From positions 302,064,001 through 302,128,000 of the forward strand of contig OZ024740.1 in assembly GCA_964016885.1 (NCBI GenBank): a stretch of 64,000 nucleotides of DNA, written 5' to 3'. This DNA is from Eledone cirrhosa (taxonomy: Eukaryota). A program made the translations under genes and the position numbers. This document shows positions 1-14,558 of the stretch, in pieces. Within the stretch, counting starts at the first letter, position 1, and each line of letters starts with the position of its first letter. Below the pieces are notes generated by a model, which saw nothing but the letters and a program-made list of their open reading frames with translations, searched no databases and was not told where the DNA came from.

Positions 1-852
1 CGCCGAAAATACTCAAAAACCTTTTTTAAAACATTTAAAAAGTGTTTAAAATTAATTAATAACCTAAAATTATTCAGGAAATATAATTAAAAACCTAAAA
101 TTATTCAGAAAATATAAGGAATAATATTAAGAAATACTTAAAAATACTTTAAAATATTTTAAAATATTTAAAAATATTAGAAAAATACTAAAAAATATAT
201 TTAAATTATTAAGATAACCCAAATAATCCTTAAAAAATAGTTTTTTTGGAAATAAGTAATTTTTTTTTTCTTAATTTAAGTAATTTTACTAAAAAAATTA
301 TGAGATATTTTGGAAGTAAGTTAAAATAAAGATAAAAAATAAAGATATTTAAGAAGTAAAAATATTAAAAAGTAAAGATTTAAGAAGTAAAAGATATTTA
401 AATTAGAATTACATTAAATTTAAATTTAAAGATTTAGAATTTATGAACATATATGCTTATAATTTAAGAAATGAAAAAATTATAGGTGTTTGGATAAAGT
501 AAACATTATGTAAAAAAAACGTGTAATTATATTTTATATATAGATTGTTTTTTTCTCAGCCTCACTTTCATATTTCTTAAATTTTGTTTTCAAATTTAAT
601 AAAAAGACCCTGTTTTTTATTCATTCTGACGACTGAAAACAGATCTAGCATCTGCTTTCAATGTATGTATGTTTCGGTTTCTGTATCTGTATGTGTTTTA
701 TACGTTTCTCTGTGCGTGCGAGTGAGTACATGTTTCTGTGTATTTATGTATGTATATATATTTATACGTTAATTTCTTTTTTAAATTTTTTATTTCTTTT
801 TGATTTTTATATTTTAATTTTTAACTTATGACTGTCAGGTCGCATCTGTGGT

Positions 853-929
<77 letters not shown>

Positions 930-1283
930 TATGTATATATCTATAATTCAATTATTATTTATTTTTTGTCTGGTAGTATGTATGTAATCATTTCAATGTC
1001 CCGGTTTGGGAATATATTTATTTTTATTTTTAGCTTTATTTATGTATATGAACGTCATATGTATGTGTATAAGCACCTACTTACTTATATAAGTGTACCT
1101 ATGTATGTATGTATGTATGCTTGCGCATATATATATATATATAAATTTACCTCCTAAACTTACCTTCTGCATCTGTGTGTATATATTTTTTCCCGTTATT
1201 TTATTTTTTTTTACGTTATTTCAACCTCGCTTTAAATTGTAATAGCTTTTCCTTTTAGTTACATATCTTATATCCGTATTAAA

Positions 1284-1360
1284 TGTTCCTTTCTGATGAA
1301 CGTCATTGGACGCCTCTGTTGAGATCAACTGTTTTCGTGAAACCTTCGGTAAATGGAATA
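1284..1360 (+). ncRNA. Type I hammerhead ribozyme candidate (PLE pLTR-type, long stem II insert)
   Basis: TGTTCCTTT-CTGATGA-ACG...CGT-GAAA-CCTTCGG-TA|AATGGAATA. Both core boxes are intact, stem I pairs at 8/9 positions, stem II closes with ACG/CGT, stem III is ACC/GGT, and the cleavage triplet is GUA. Confidence 0.65.
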
Positions 1361-1516
1361 ATTGTATTTTGTTGTTTACTACATAATTAAATAGCTCTGT
1401 ACTATACATGCAGCACTCCTCCTTCCTTTCCCTTTTCTACGGAAATACTTCATATATATATATTTCGTTTTCTATTCTCTCTCACTCCCTCTCTCTCACT
1501 CTCTCTCTCTCGCTCG

Positions 1517-1626
<110 letters not shown>

Positions 1627-1752
1627 CGAAGGAGTTGTGGTAAGGAACCAGAAGGACCATAACGCACCAGAGTACTCAATACTTAGGGCAGTAGAGTGGG
1701 TAATAGGAAAATGTATGACCCAGACGGCAGAGCTCAAGCCGTTTCGACGGCT
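1627..1752 (-). mobile_element. Terminal-repeat (pLTR-like) fragment of the 'GACGGCAGAGCTC' family between (TA)n tracts
   Basis: Homologous to ~17900-18020, 45111-45319 and 51613-51675. The minus strand carries the hammerhead 3' half GAAACGGC-TTGAGCTCT-GCCGTC. Confidence 0.6.
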
Positions 1753-1821
1753 ATATATATATATATATATATATATTAAAATACAAACATTAATAAAATA
1801 GATGTTCTTTTGATCAATTAA

Positions 1822-1874
1822 ATTTTATTATACATATTTCGGAGGTACAATAGTACGTCCTCATCAGACAAAAT
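1822..1874 (-). ncRNA. Minimal type I hammerhead ribozyme
   Basis: Minus strand reads ATTTTGT-CTGATGA-GGACGTAC-TATT-GTACCTCC-GAAA-TATGTA-TA|ATAAAAT. Stem I is 7 bp, stem II pairs at 7/8, and stem III is short and near-palindromic, as is typical of PLE hammerheads. Confidence 0.75.
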
Positions 1875-3155
1875 ATAATGATACATGACATACCCTGAGA
1901 TGTTAAATGGTTAACATTTAATCAGAGAAAATTCAACATTTATACCCTAATAATGAGAAAATGCGAAAACGTAATAAATTCAATAGAGAATGTGTGAGTA
2001 AGAAAAACGTTGGTTAATGTGACAGCTATAGAGATTTTAACATGTAGGATACTACAAGTTATGGTTATCTAGGAAAACATCTCATGAATTATAACTGTCC
2101 CTGAGGGCCGCTGAAAGATAAAGGGGAGTAATATATGCAGAAAGAGATTTTTTCCCAAAAGTTGAACGGTTAAGTTTCAAAATATTTAATTTATGTTATT
2201 TTAAGGGTGAATAATCAAGATTTAGGTTTTTTTTTAATTTGCTGGTTATTTATATTTATTAATTTTATAAATATAAGTGTGTTAACATTTCTAAACTTCT
2301 GAATTTTATGAGGATAAAATTTAAAGGATTTACCTGGCCAGCGAAAGGAAAATTTACACTGTTGAATATTTTCCTAAATGCAAACTTTAAACAAGATTAC
2401 CTATAAAAATGTCAACATTTTCTGTATGTAAAGCTTATGAAGTACTTATTGTTAGAAATATATAAATAACGATTATGTATATAGAGATATATTAATGAGC
2501 CAGTATATTTAAGGTAAATGATAACGAATATAGAATAATAGATTGAAGCATGCTAAAGTTAAATATATACCTATATATAAAAGGGTGTAAATGCATGAAT
2601 TATTCACATTTCAAAATTTATAATAATCGAAAAATTTAGAAGTTATCTAAAAATAATGTATAGAGAGATGCAGGGCGATATATATAGATATATATATTAA
2701 GTATTAGTGATACAGTATACTTTAGGTATATGATAACGATTATAATCTTATATAATAGATTTCAACGTGTTACAGTTAAATACATACATATATAAGAAAA
2801 AATAATAATAAATGCATGGATAATTCAGATTTCAAAATAAGGTCCGTAATAATTTATAGTTTGGATATTTGCTCTATATTTGAATCATGGATATAAAAAT
2901 ACGGTAGGTATATTTAAAAACTTATAAAAGATAATTACATACATATAATAAATTAAAAAAAAAAGAATGTAAACACATGAATGATTCACAGTTAAAAATA
3001 AGTTCCGTTGGATATTTAAACTAAAATTTAAAACTTAGATAGGAAAATAAAGATAAATAAATAATGGTTTGGATGTATATCAACATGTCAGCGTGTTATT
3101 GAACAAGTGGCATTCATTTGAGCGTTATTTCTGCTATAGATAGTTATAAGATAAT

Positions 3156-3341
3156 TGTTTCTACTTTAGGCACAAGGCCAGCAATTACCCAGTGCATTAC
3201 TGGTACTTTATTTTATCGACCCCGTAAGGATGAAAGGCAAAGTCAACCTCGGCGGGATTTGAACTCAGATCGTAAAGGGACGTAACTATGCTGGAAAGCA
3301 TGGCGTCCGACCCTCTACCGATACTGCCAATCCACCGCCCT
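3156..3341 (-). mobile_element. tRNA-derived SINE (MetaSINE-like core), 19-bp TSD
   Basis: Minus strand: A-box-like TGGCAGTATCGG, B box GAGTTCAAATCC, core GCCTTTCATCCTTACGGGGTCGATAAA. TSD TAGATAGTTATAAGATAAT at 3137-3155 and 3342-3360. Confidence 0.9.
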
Positions 3342-3399
3342 TAGATAGTTATAAGATAATGCAATATTAAAGGCCAATAATGTTTTACCCTTGTTGATT

Positions 3400-5257
3400 A
3401 TATACGTCTGAAAGCCAAGTTCTTTTCTGGTTTTGTGCGAGGCTAAGAATGTAGACGTAGCTTTATGAAGGCAACTAGAGAATAATTCACTTTTTTTTGT
3501 TAATTAGGGTCTCATAGTTATTATTAATCAACAGGGTCTCCATTGTACAGAACGCGCAGTTATTTGATATACTAGAGTTGCGGTAAACTCCACAATTCCG
3601 AAGTTTTGTCCAAATAATGGAGTATTTTAAATTCCTCTCTTTTAATGACTATATGAGCTGTGATAAAGAAGTGGATGATTTCCTCTTGGAGTTCGAAAAT
3701 GAGCATTTATGGTTCGCAAATCGCGCTTTAAATGTAGGAGTCGATCTTATGTAGTTGTATGTGTTGTGATCAGTTTTTACGGTGCATTTATAAAGCAAAC
3801 CATATGACTGATTTAGTTCTAGTTCTTTTCCTCGATTTATTTGGCGTATGGGTGTTTGAATTATAATTATTAGAGTTTCTCCTATATATTTATTATTTTT
3901 ATCAAGATTAATGCTTGGATTATTATTATCTACATATTCTATATTATTCACATATCCTGCTCTTTTTAACGCGTTGTTGTAGTATTCAGCGTTTTCATCA
4001 AATATAGCTTTATTGGCTGATATTTTATTAATTTGTTTTTGCACACTATTTACTATAGCTTTTTTGTTTACAGATTTAGGATGGTTGGAATGATTACTAA
4101 TATATTTTAAGTTTTCATTGGGCTTATGAAAAGGGTAATAGAAGCCAGTGTTTAAGTTAAACGTCTAGGAAATTAACTATTTTGGTACCATTTTCTACTT
4201 CTAAATTAAGGTCACACATTTTAAAGAATTCTATTATACTTTTCTTTACTCTATTTAGTTCTATATTGTTGTGTTTGACCACCGTAAATAAAATGTCGTC
4301 CCTATATAAACCACCGGTAATTTCCGGCAGTTTTCTATTTATCATAATTAATATGAAAATTCCCATAAGATCTGTGATTTGCGCGGAATCGGATGCCCCC
4401 ATAGTGATATCAAAGTTTCTATATCTGAGCTGGTCCAATATTCATTGTTGAAGTTAATAAGAGTTCTTCTGGCTGTTAGTATTATATCAATTTCATCCGT
4501 GGTTATATCAGTATGCATATAAGCATATGAAAGAGCCTTATTTAGAAGGTTAGGTGTTATGGAAGAATAGTAGCTTGTAATGTCCATCTGAATGAATTTA
4601 TGTTTTTTCTTATCATCTATATTCCTGTACCATTCTATGACTTCATTTGTATCTTTCCACAAGCTCAAATTAGATCTCAATTTAAGAGTGGGTAATATTC
4701 TATCGATGATGTTTTTACTGATTACTCAAATATCCGATTTCGATGGAGCAATCAATCTAACTGGCATCTCTTTCTCAAAGTTTCTTTTGTGATCCTTCAA
4801 GTTAATCATCGGCTGCCTAGTTAAGAATGGCTCGGTTCTTCCTTCTATTTCTAAATTGGTAATTAATTTATAGGCTTCTTCATTAATTTCAGTAAGATCA
4901 TCAACCGGGGCTTTTTTGTAATTTTTCCTAAGTTCCTTTAAAATCAAGTTGTTATATTCATCTTTGTTTATCCCATATAAATTATTAGTTTTGCCCGATT
5001 TAAACAATACTTTGTTAACATTTTTTATTTCCGCGATTTTTTCTTTTAGAGTTCTAAGGTATTGGTGACCTATATATGGGTTTTTCCTAAATTTAATTTT
5101 TCTGATTATACCGAGCATTTCTATTTCAAAAACCTCCAGAAGTTTGTTGTATTCTTTCTTGATTTAAATAAAGATTCAAAATGATTGTTGTTGGTTTTTC
5201 TTTCAGTATCTTTATTTTCGAAATGAAATGCTCTCCATCTCAATCTTCTAATAAATA
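3400..5257 (-). pseudogene. Degenerate Penelope-like element, Naiad-like (RT + C-terminal GIY-YIG)
   Basis: Frameshifted ORF pieces: FIRRLRW, KTNNLY, LKDHKRNF, QMDITSYY, FDITMGASDSAQ, GLYRDD, NFLDV, YKC..YNYI..TFKARFANH, CAFC..E..LINKKSELFSSCLH. The 5' end is truncated at (TA)n. Confidence 0.85.
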
Positions 5258-6049
5258 AATATATATATATATATAAGCAGATATTGCACCATTTGTATTG
5301 AGCAATTCTTTATTACAGTGTAATAACATTACCTACTTATTGACATGATGTTGTCAGACAGGATTGTCAGTATTACATTGTTTACGTAATATCTAAAATC
5401 CTGATCTAATGTTACGTCAATTGTAGAAGAAAATTAAAGTAATGCTGCCTATTTTCTCCCACTGCAGAAGCGTTGTGCATCATATAATGTCCATTTGACT
5501 AGAGGGTTTAGGATGCCAGTTACCATAAATTAAAAAGCTAAGCATCTGTGTAGTGTCTAATTAAAACGACAATGAAACAAAATTACATTTACACAGCATA
5601 ATATTGCTATTTCCTCCTGTTTAACTTACATATCTTATTTATTTTCTTAACTGCCGGGCTTACATTCTACTTAAATGCGGCAGCTTCTTTGTTAAGAAAT
5701 CATTCACCCTTAATTCTGATCATTTCTGACAACAATATATTGTTTAAAAGTACATGTACGTTATAGTAATAATGCCGTTGAAATTCTGTAAATCTGTGAA
5801 TATATGGGTAATGTATTTTCAATCATTATTTGATTGGACTCTGAAATTTAATTACAGAACTCCACCAAAGAAGGTGGATTTTGGAAAGTCGAGTTTAGGT
5901 TTATCTTGAATAATTTCTCAATTGCGTCCTAATCCAAGGCCAATAAGTTAACATGTGTAACAATGGTACAATGAACATCAATAATTGTATTATTTTTAGG
6001 AACTGCCAAATACTACTGATTCAATATATGGATAACGAATATATGATTG

Positions 6050-6950
6050 TTATTCTTCTATAGCTGCCAGAACACTTTAGGCCAAGATTACTAGAAAATA
6101 TTCAATGGATGGTAATCCCTGATTAATATCATACGATGAATTCTCCTGGACAATATTCAATGTAAATCTCCTATTTCAAGATAGTATGGTATGGTTTGTA
6201 AGCGAATTTGACTGATAATTCTTGCAAATCGAGGCTTACATTCATCTCGAAAAATATTAGTAGTTTTCTCAGATTGATGTTCATATTAGAGTTTGAGTTA
6301 TTTGAAATTCTGAAGGAAATTCTACAAATTATCAATTACATTATGTTTTTAATTATTTTTAGTCTGGTTATACCATCTATAATACTCTCTGCAATTAGCG
6401 CAATATACGGTAGATAATAACATGAACATGATACCTCACGGTAAATTAATAAAGTAAATTTATTTTTGGTGTCATAATAGATATAAACAATTTCCAGAAT
6501 TATGTCCATAAATCCATCCTTTATATGCAAATGTTAAAGGAGTATCTTCCATTATATCAACATTTTAGAATCCCATGTTATATGTAAAGTATAAATTAAA
6601 TGGGTTCTATAAGGTATGTTAAGTTGATGTCTTTTGCAGCCCCATCTTCAAATCTAGAAGTATTTTATTCATATTAATATTTGTAATTAATTGTAGCATT
6701 TATGTATTCAATTTTATTATTTTTTGTAGGGGATGGAATAAACGTACATAGAAAACTGAAATCGTTGTTGCGAATATATTCTAATTCAAAACAAAATAGA
6801 AGAAGAGTTGTCATGCATCACGATGAGCTGAAATGTCGACATAACTTATGACATTAAATCTGTAGGGGCCATTTGAGTTTTTAATATCGTCATTAACCTG
6901 GAATTTTGCTTCAGACTTTTGCATAATTTGATAGCTGAGTGCACAAAACA
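6050..6950 (-). pseudogene. Highly decayed Ty1/copia RT-RNase H remnant
   Basis: Colinear degenerate motifs on the minus strand: NYAK..KFQVND, PYKKII, AAK, YIAL, TLI.E.QS, IEYCP..DI.QGLP. The order matches copia (Q..Y..KF, PY, AAKR, EYIAL, YEDNQS, EYCPT..ADILTKGL). Confidence 0.45.
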
Positions 6951-7378
6951 GCTAAAACTATGCACCGAAACCTTGCAAATACGATAAATAAAGTTAAACA
7001 ATCATAGCCTTGATACATTTATATCATATTTCAACATAGCAAAAAAACATTACAGGGATTGTATGCATAGATCTTTCTATTTTCATGCAAATTCATGAAT
7101 ATATATGATACATTGTTACAGCCTCAAGTAAAATTTCATAAATTGTTTTATTCGCAACTTGAAAGCGATAATATTATATTGTTCTACTGTTTCATTAATC
7201 GTTGTCATTTTGTTCTGGATAAAATGTTGTTGATTGATGGCTTAATTCATTTCGAAAAACATTCCTTGATGTTAGTCTTTAACTTAACGGGGAAACAGAT
7301 AAGTAGATAGATTAATAGATGAGATAGAGAGACTGACAGAAAAACCTATTTAGATATATGGATAGACATACAGAGACG

Positions 7379-7530
<152 letters not shown>

Positions 7531-8529
7531 CCTGTAGAGATATAGATATATTTGGATGACAAGGATGATAGATGCAGCACATATAAATCGACAGGCTTAC
7601 AGAGTGAAACAAACACAACCAGATACGTTGGAATACACGCCGATGGATAAATGATATAAGTATGCACGTCCATCTATAATATACACGCAAACAAATATGG
7701 CATCAAGTACAGCCACACTGGTATGAGCGACTGTTAATTCTTTCGTATAATGAATACTACACCTAGTTCACTGAGAGAAAGCGCCTTCATTATACGTAAA
7801 CTCGAGTGGGCGTAATGAAATCGGAGAAGATGGAAAACAACAGAGATCACTGCAGAATTCAAGCAACTCTTGCTGTTTACAAAGACACACCACTTCAGGA
7901 AATACCAAATTTGACACGAGTCAAAAGCAGAACTACTGACTAGATTTCATCCGGAAAAATTGTTAAAACACCTAGTTCAAAGCCGCCATCGTTTATAATT
8001 TAAATATCCTACACTTCTGTGATGCAGTAGTCGTGTGACGGGAGTAACAGAAACCAACAATCGAAATATATCATATGTCTTCAAAGGGAAAATGTATCTA
8101 TCATTATCATATTTTCAAAGTGTGTAATAAATGTTTGATTAGACAACTTTGATTGTATGATAAACTGTCCGAACTTTATAGTAGTTTCCGCACAAGAGAC
8201 AGTCAGTACAATAAAAGCCCTAGAACTCAAAACTCTTGTTGTAATTGAAAATAATCTCCACGGTAATATGCAAGAGAGAGGAGTTCCAGCTAGATCCGGT
8301 TAACAAAAACTCCATACGGTTTATATACACAGCAAGTCTCCAATTTTCGTGTGACTCAATGTCAGCAGACATGCAACCAGGAGTCAGGAGCTGGATGCGG
8401 CCCGATTCATTTAGTGTGTAAGAAGTGTCGAAACCTCTTGAGGGGAGTTTCTTCTCTGAAGACATTCTGTTGTCCAGTCCTCCTACAAGCTTCTCACCAC
8501 CACTTAGCTATACATTGTTCACATGTTTG

Positions 8530-8790
8530 AATATGCTTCTACAAGACCACTGAGAATCAGAAAATGTGGTAACCCACGTGTAAGCAGGAAAAATGAGAGG
8601 AGTTTATGACAGTATTGAACAGTCTCTCGACAACAAATGAGCCTTCCAAGAAGCCAAAATGCATCGCCGGAATTTGCTCATTATATCGATGGATTATGAG
8701 AAGGAATTTGAGCTTGTGCTGCTTTCATGAATATTACGCTCTAAATTTCTGTTTGGTAAAACTGTAAAATGTTACACCCAGTTTTCCCTA
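8530..8790 (+). pseudogene. Decayed RLE-clade (R4/Dong-like) RT fragment
   Basis: 8644-8730 translates FQEAKMHRRNLLIISMDYEKEFELVLLS*, which aligns by eye to NCRRRHTDLAMGWIDYRKAFDMVPHSW in the 36.5 kb ORF. Confidence 0.5.
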
Positions 8791-9830
8791 AGCTCTACAA
8801 CAGCATCTATAGTCTGGAACTGAATTGGATTTTCGACAAATGATACTGAATTATGTTGTTAATGTTGGGAGGATAACTATAATGAACCCTATTGGAGAAG
8901 GGTCATGTTCACTTACGTAAAGCTGCTTAAAAGACGAAAATTAATGTCAATTATACCCCGTTCGAGAAACAGGTTTGATTTTCCCTGCGATGTCCATCCC
9001 TGAAGTCGGTCAGAATGAAAGCATTACTGACATTGGTGACATTTGTGGGGAGTGGTCGACTACCTAACAATGGTTTCCTTTTAACTGAAACAATGATGAG
9101 ACTTCATGGAATTACATGCAAACTCACACACTTATATATGAATATACGAAAAGCTTCCGCAACAATTCTTTCCACTACATATACATCACAAAATACTGAT
9201 TAACACGACTCTATGGCAGACGACTCTTGTCCGACATGCCGACTACTGGAGCCGGAATCACGTGGTTGCAATACTAACTTCGTAACTATACAAGCATGGC
9301 CGTACCTAAGTATATATATATTTACTGGTTTCAGTAAATTGGCATTGTATCAATGAGTGTTTGGTTGTTTAGCCAAGCAACTACCACATAATATTTTCTT
9401 GATGCTAAATGCAATCTGCCACATATTTGAAATCAATGACAGGCGCATTCACGTATATGCATGGGCGTATATAGCATCAAACCTATATAGATATACGTGA
9501 ATCTATGTGTGCGGGCAAGTGTAAATGCATATGCATTTATGTATATGTTTTCTTTAATATACTGCCTGGATGCTCTTGAAAACCATGTATATATACATGG
9601 TTTTCAGAAGCATCGAGGCAGTATATTAAAGAAAACATATGCTGAAAGCAGGCGTAATCTGTTGGATTTCTGTTTTGTTTAAAAGAGGAATACTACATGT
9701 ACATTTGAATGTTCTATGAAGCCATTCTTTATGAAAATGTTCGAAGACATTTTATTGAAGAAATATTTTGTCTAAATAATGGTTTAATGGTTTGTGAATG
9801 GATTAATTTGACAAAACCATACATAGTGCC

Positions 9831-10007
<177 letters not shown>

Positions 10008-10139
10008 ATATATATATATACATATTAAAATGGTAACCACAATTTTCAAGATGATTAGATTAACATCCATTAAATGGTTGCAAAATCATATTGAGTAACA
10101 CACATATATATATATATATATATATAGACATACACACAC

Positions 10140-10193
<54 letters not shown>

Positions 10194-10300
10194 GTGTGTG
10201 TGTGAATATGTTTATGCAGATATATTTGAAATGAATAATTTATCTATATATATATATATTATATATATTATATATTGTATATATACATACATACATATTC

Positions 10301-10403
<103 letters not shown>

Positions 10404-12350
10404 ATTCATAATGTGCAACATATTTTAAATATGTTATTCAATATCAATAAATCAGATTATTAGCAAAACCGTGGTAGTTTACATGATTTGGAAACAACAC
10501 AAAAAGTTTTCAATATGATAAGAAGTAGATAAAGAAAGAAATATAGCGGATAGCTTCAGCTTACGAAAACAACATTTATAATTCTTACTTCAAGTCTCTG
10601 GCGCCATTCCGACATTTCCTTGGAATATGGTTGGTTTAGAAGACTATCAATTAAAGATTTAAAAAGGAAAAATAAAGAAAAGTGTACAATCGATGTATAC
10701 GAAATACCTGCTCGATATAATTCATTGCTCATGATGATTTCTGAGAATAAGAGGGAAAGTGGTTTAAAAGTTTAAACACAACGTGTTCTTGAAAAAAAGA
10801 TATATATTCTAATTTAACATCAGCTGTACCATCAAATGTGCGTATATGTGTGTATCGTCTTTGCAACATTTCTTATTTTTTCACCCAATGATGACTGGAA
10901 GTACCATATCGTTGTTGGCTGATTCATGGAGTTGATTAAATTGACTAGAGAATATATATTCTTTCTATGTATCTTGCACACACTTCATGTAGTAAACATT
11001 AAATGCTTGGTGTATGCTGGTCTATCTCCATTTCAGTAATGTACTTAGTTGAGCCCTTACATCAGTAAGTCGCGCGAACTGCTAGCAACTGAACCTTTCC
11101 CACAGAATAGATTTGTTTCTAAAACGTGAAGTACACTTTGAATAATATAGTTCATCTTAAAATCAAATAGATGAATCGTGGTAGGGGTGTTACTTGTTGA
11201 ATTTCTTCTCAATCAAAGCTGTTATGTTGTTAAATAACAAGAATATTAATATGTTTAACACGTTGGATTAAGATTATGAGTTTAGGCACTTCAACATCAA
11301 CCATTACGGAACAATACAGTCCTAATCCTAATGTACCGTAACCTTCGAAATCCAGACTATGGATATGGTTGGAATTGTTTCCTGTTACCTTGTTCTGAAC
11401 CAGAAAGAATTTCATTCAATTTCAATTTCCCTTCCCGCTCTAAAATTACAGTCTTCCATTTGGATACGTTAATTTGAAGTCCGTCATCGATAATGAAGCG
11501 TATTACACATAAACCAGATTTGTACACTACTATATTTTTATCACTTTGTCAGAAACAAAATTGAACTCCTCAAACCGTTTTCGTGCAACTACGAGAGATA
11601 GGACAGAGGGTTCGAGACAGGAAATCTGTACTGAAGGTTTACACATCAGAGTTGACTGAACAAAAAACACCAATAGGAAACGTGCTGCTAAATCAGGCAA
11701 CCGCCTAAGTCGACATATTGAGATTCAAATTCAAAATTCTATTAACCGGAGATCGTCCTACTATACATTATATCTGACTTTGAAACGAATCTATCAGTCT
11801 ACCACACTATATTGTTACTTTCGTTATCGACCCAAGAAATTTGAAAAGTAAAGTTGAACTCCGCAAGATTGGAACTCGTCACGCATGGATTTGGAAATTA
11901 TGCCAAACATCATGATGCCATAAGGTTTCCGCCACTTAATACATCTCACTTAAACAATCTCATTTTATATTACACCTAAGGTGGAAGGATACAAAAATTA
12001 ACTTTCAACCTTGGATCTGCTCACTCGTCTAGCCCTCCCTGAGTCTGTTCAAAGTACACCAATTTCAATTTCCAATCAATTGAGCATTAACGATCTGCAG
12101 AGTTGAATGACTCTGCCAATGTCTCATATAATAGTAGTGCATGCCTTAATAAATAAATACAAAATATTGTAAGTTTTTATTATTAAAGTAGTTGAAATAG
12201 TAAACGCGATGAGGTTGACGCAGAAAAGTCTCAAAGCGCAATGCTGAGATATGCCTCCTTTTCGATACCAAGCATTCCAATCAATTCTTACTTGATACGA
12301 TTGAGAAGATACGAAGATTCTTTGGCCCTTAAAAACACGTGTGTGATTTA

Positions 12351-12428
<78 letters not shown>

Positions 12429-12429
12429 C

Positions 12430-12462
<33 letters not shown>

Positions 12463-12725
12463 CATATAAAAAATATCTATCAGTGTTGACTATAGTTAAA
12501 TATATTATTGAGGGAAATATTAGTATATATACATAGAATACTTCTAATAATAAAATTTCTCCGACAGTACAAACCATCAATGAGCGTAACCTTGACGCCG
12601 TATGGTTAAGCAAATCAGGTGAAAAAATAAAAAAGAAAACATGAATGATCATGTTCATATCTGTTTGTATGTAGAATATATTTTCTCTTATTTGTTTATA
12701 TTTTTCACACATTTTCCTGTAATTT

Positions 12726-12908
12726 AATTGTTTCTACTTTAGGCACAAGGCCAGCAATTATCCAGTGCATTACTGGTACTTTATTTTATCGACCCCGTAA
12801 GGATGAAAGGCAAAGTCAACCTCGGCGGGATTTGAACTCAGATCGTAAAGGGACGTAACTATGCTGGAAAGCATGGCGTCCGACCCTCTACTGATACTGC
12901 CAATCCAC
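12726..12908 (-). mobile_element. tRNA-derived SINE, same family as 3156-3341
   Basis: Near-identical to the 3156 copy. A short inverted piece of the same SINE follows at 12912-12937. Confidence 0.9.
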
Positions 12909-13972
12909 TGTCAATAAAGTACCAATAATGCACTGGGGTTTAATTTTTTTCACTTACATTTACTGACGTTAAATTGTCTACACTAAGAAATTAATTCAAT
13001 TTCTTTTCAGTCAAACAGTTCGTATTTTGATTGTATATTGTGTTTGCTTTGGATTCATTCATGGATTAACTTGCTGTTACTGATATACGTATATGATGAT
13101 ATAATTACATGATATAAATAGAGTATTGAATACGTGATTTTATATGTATATTTTAATACGAACGTCTTTGAACCGAATGGACTTAAAAACGGACTGATAG
13201 AATAAGAGAGGGAGAGGAGTTATGGGGAGGGGAAAGAGATAGCAAAGTTGTTAGATGAATAAACAAAAGTGATTTATGTTCAGTATAAAATGTCTGAAGG
13301 ATATTTAAGAATAACCACATTAAGAAACTTTATATCTATAATCAATTGTTTTTCACATCCACATTAGAGCAGATGGACATTTTTTTTAATTTATTTTAAA
13401 CAATCAGATTTACATACCATTGAATATGAATTTGGACGATCGTTACTACGTCTAGCTAGAGTTGTGACATCAGAAACGGAGAACATACATTTCCAATTTA
13501 AAAGAATAAACCCAATGTGTCTATCAATACTTTCATTATATATATCTCATTGTATGATAAAAATAAAATGCGTTTGTGTCGAAATAATAATTCAGTTTTA
13601 ATATTAAGCAAGTTTCAATGATAAGAAGGCATGTAGAGAAGAAAACATGTAAAGACATGACACATTTGAAATCATATTATTGAGAGTCCCCTAATAAAAT
13701 GAACACGTTCCTCGTTAAATGTTATATGGCATGCCAATGAAGATGTGTTATTAGTAGGTCTGAATTAAAAACAAAATTTGTTTAGAAAATTGTTTAAATT
13801 AAAAGCCATAAAATTCTGGTCAGTAAAGGAGTAAATCAATTTTTCATTTATAGATTTTCTAAAGGCCAACAAATTAAACATTAAAGGGCAAACGATTGAC
13901 TCTCTTTATCGCATTTATGCTATTGAAGACAAATGTTTAGACACTTACACACACGCACATACACATCTATAT

Positions 13973-14053
<81 letters not shown>

Positions 14054-14421
14054 AATACATATATATATATGAGTGTGTATGTATATATACACACGTGTGT
14101 ATCTCGTATATATGTATGATAGCTTTTCATTCGATATCCAGTAGGATCACCTTTTACGTTAAACTGGCACGACAAATACTCCACCACCAAGGCATTGACA
14201 CCAGTTCAACCGAGTATGCAAGAGAGTAAACAAATTGAGAGTGTCGACAGTTGCAGCCTTTCCTAACATTACAAATGAAAAGGAGCATACATATTCCTTC
14301 CATTATACAATTCACACATCCCCTGAGTCCAAGACACAAGGGGTTCTCCCTTGCATTTATAAACTTCTTCTGCATGTGTCATATAGTCTACGCTTTGCGC
14401 GGACAAGTGGCTTATTTATTG

Positions 14422-14488
<67 letters not shown>

Positions 14489-14508
14489 CCCCCCTCTCTC
14501 TCTCTCTA

Positions 14509-14558
<50 letters not shown>

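Noticed and set aside
1-540. Extremely AT-rich stretch with a short duplication (61-86 and 93-118)
   Set aside because: Low complexity with no ORF or regular period. It may be low-quality sequence.
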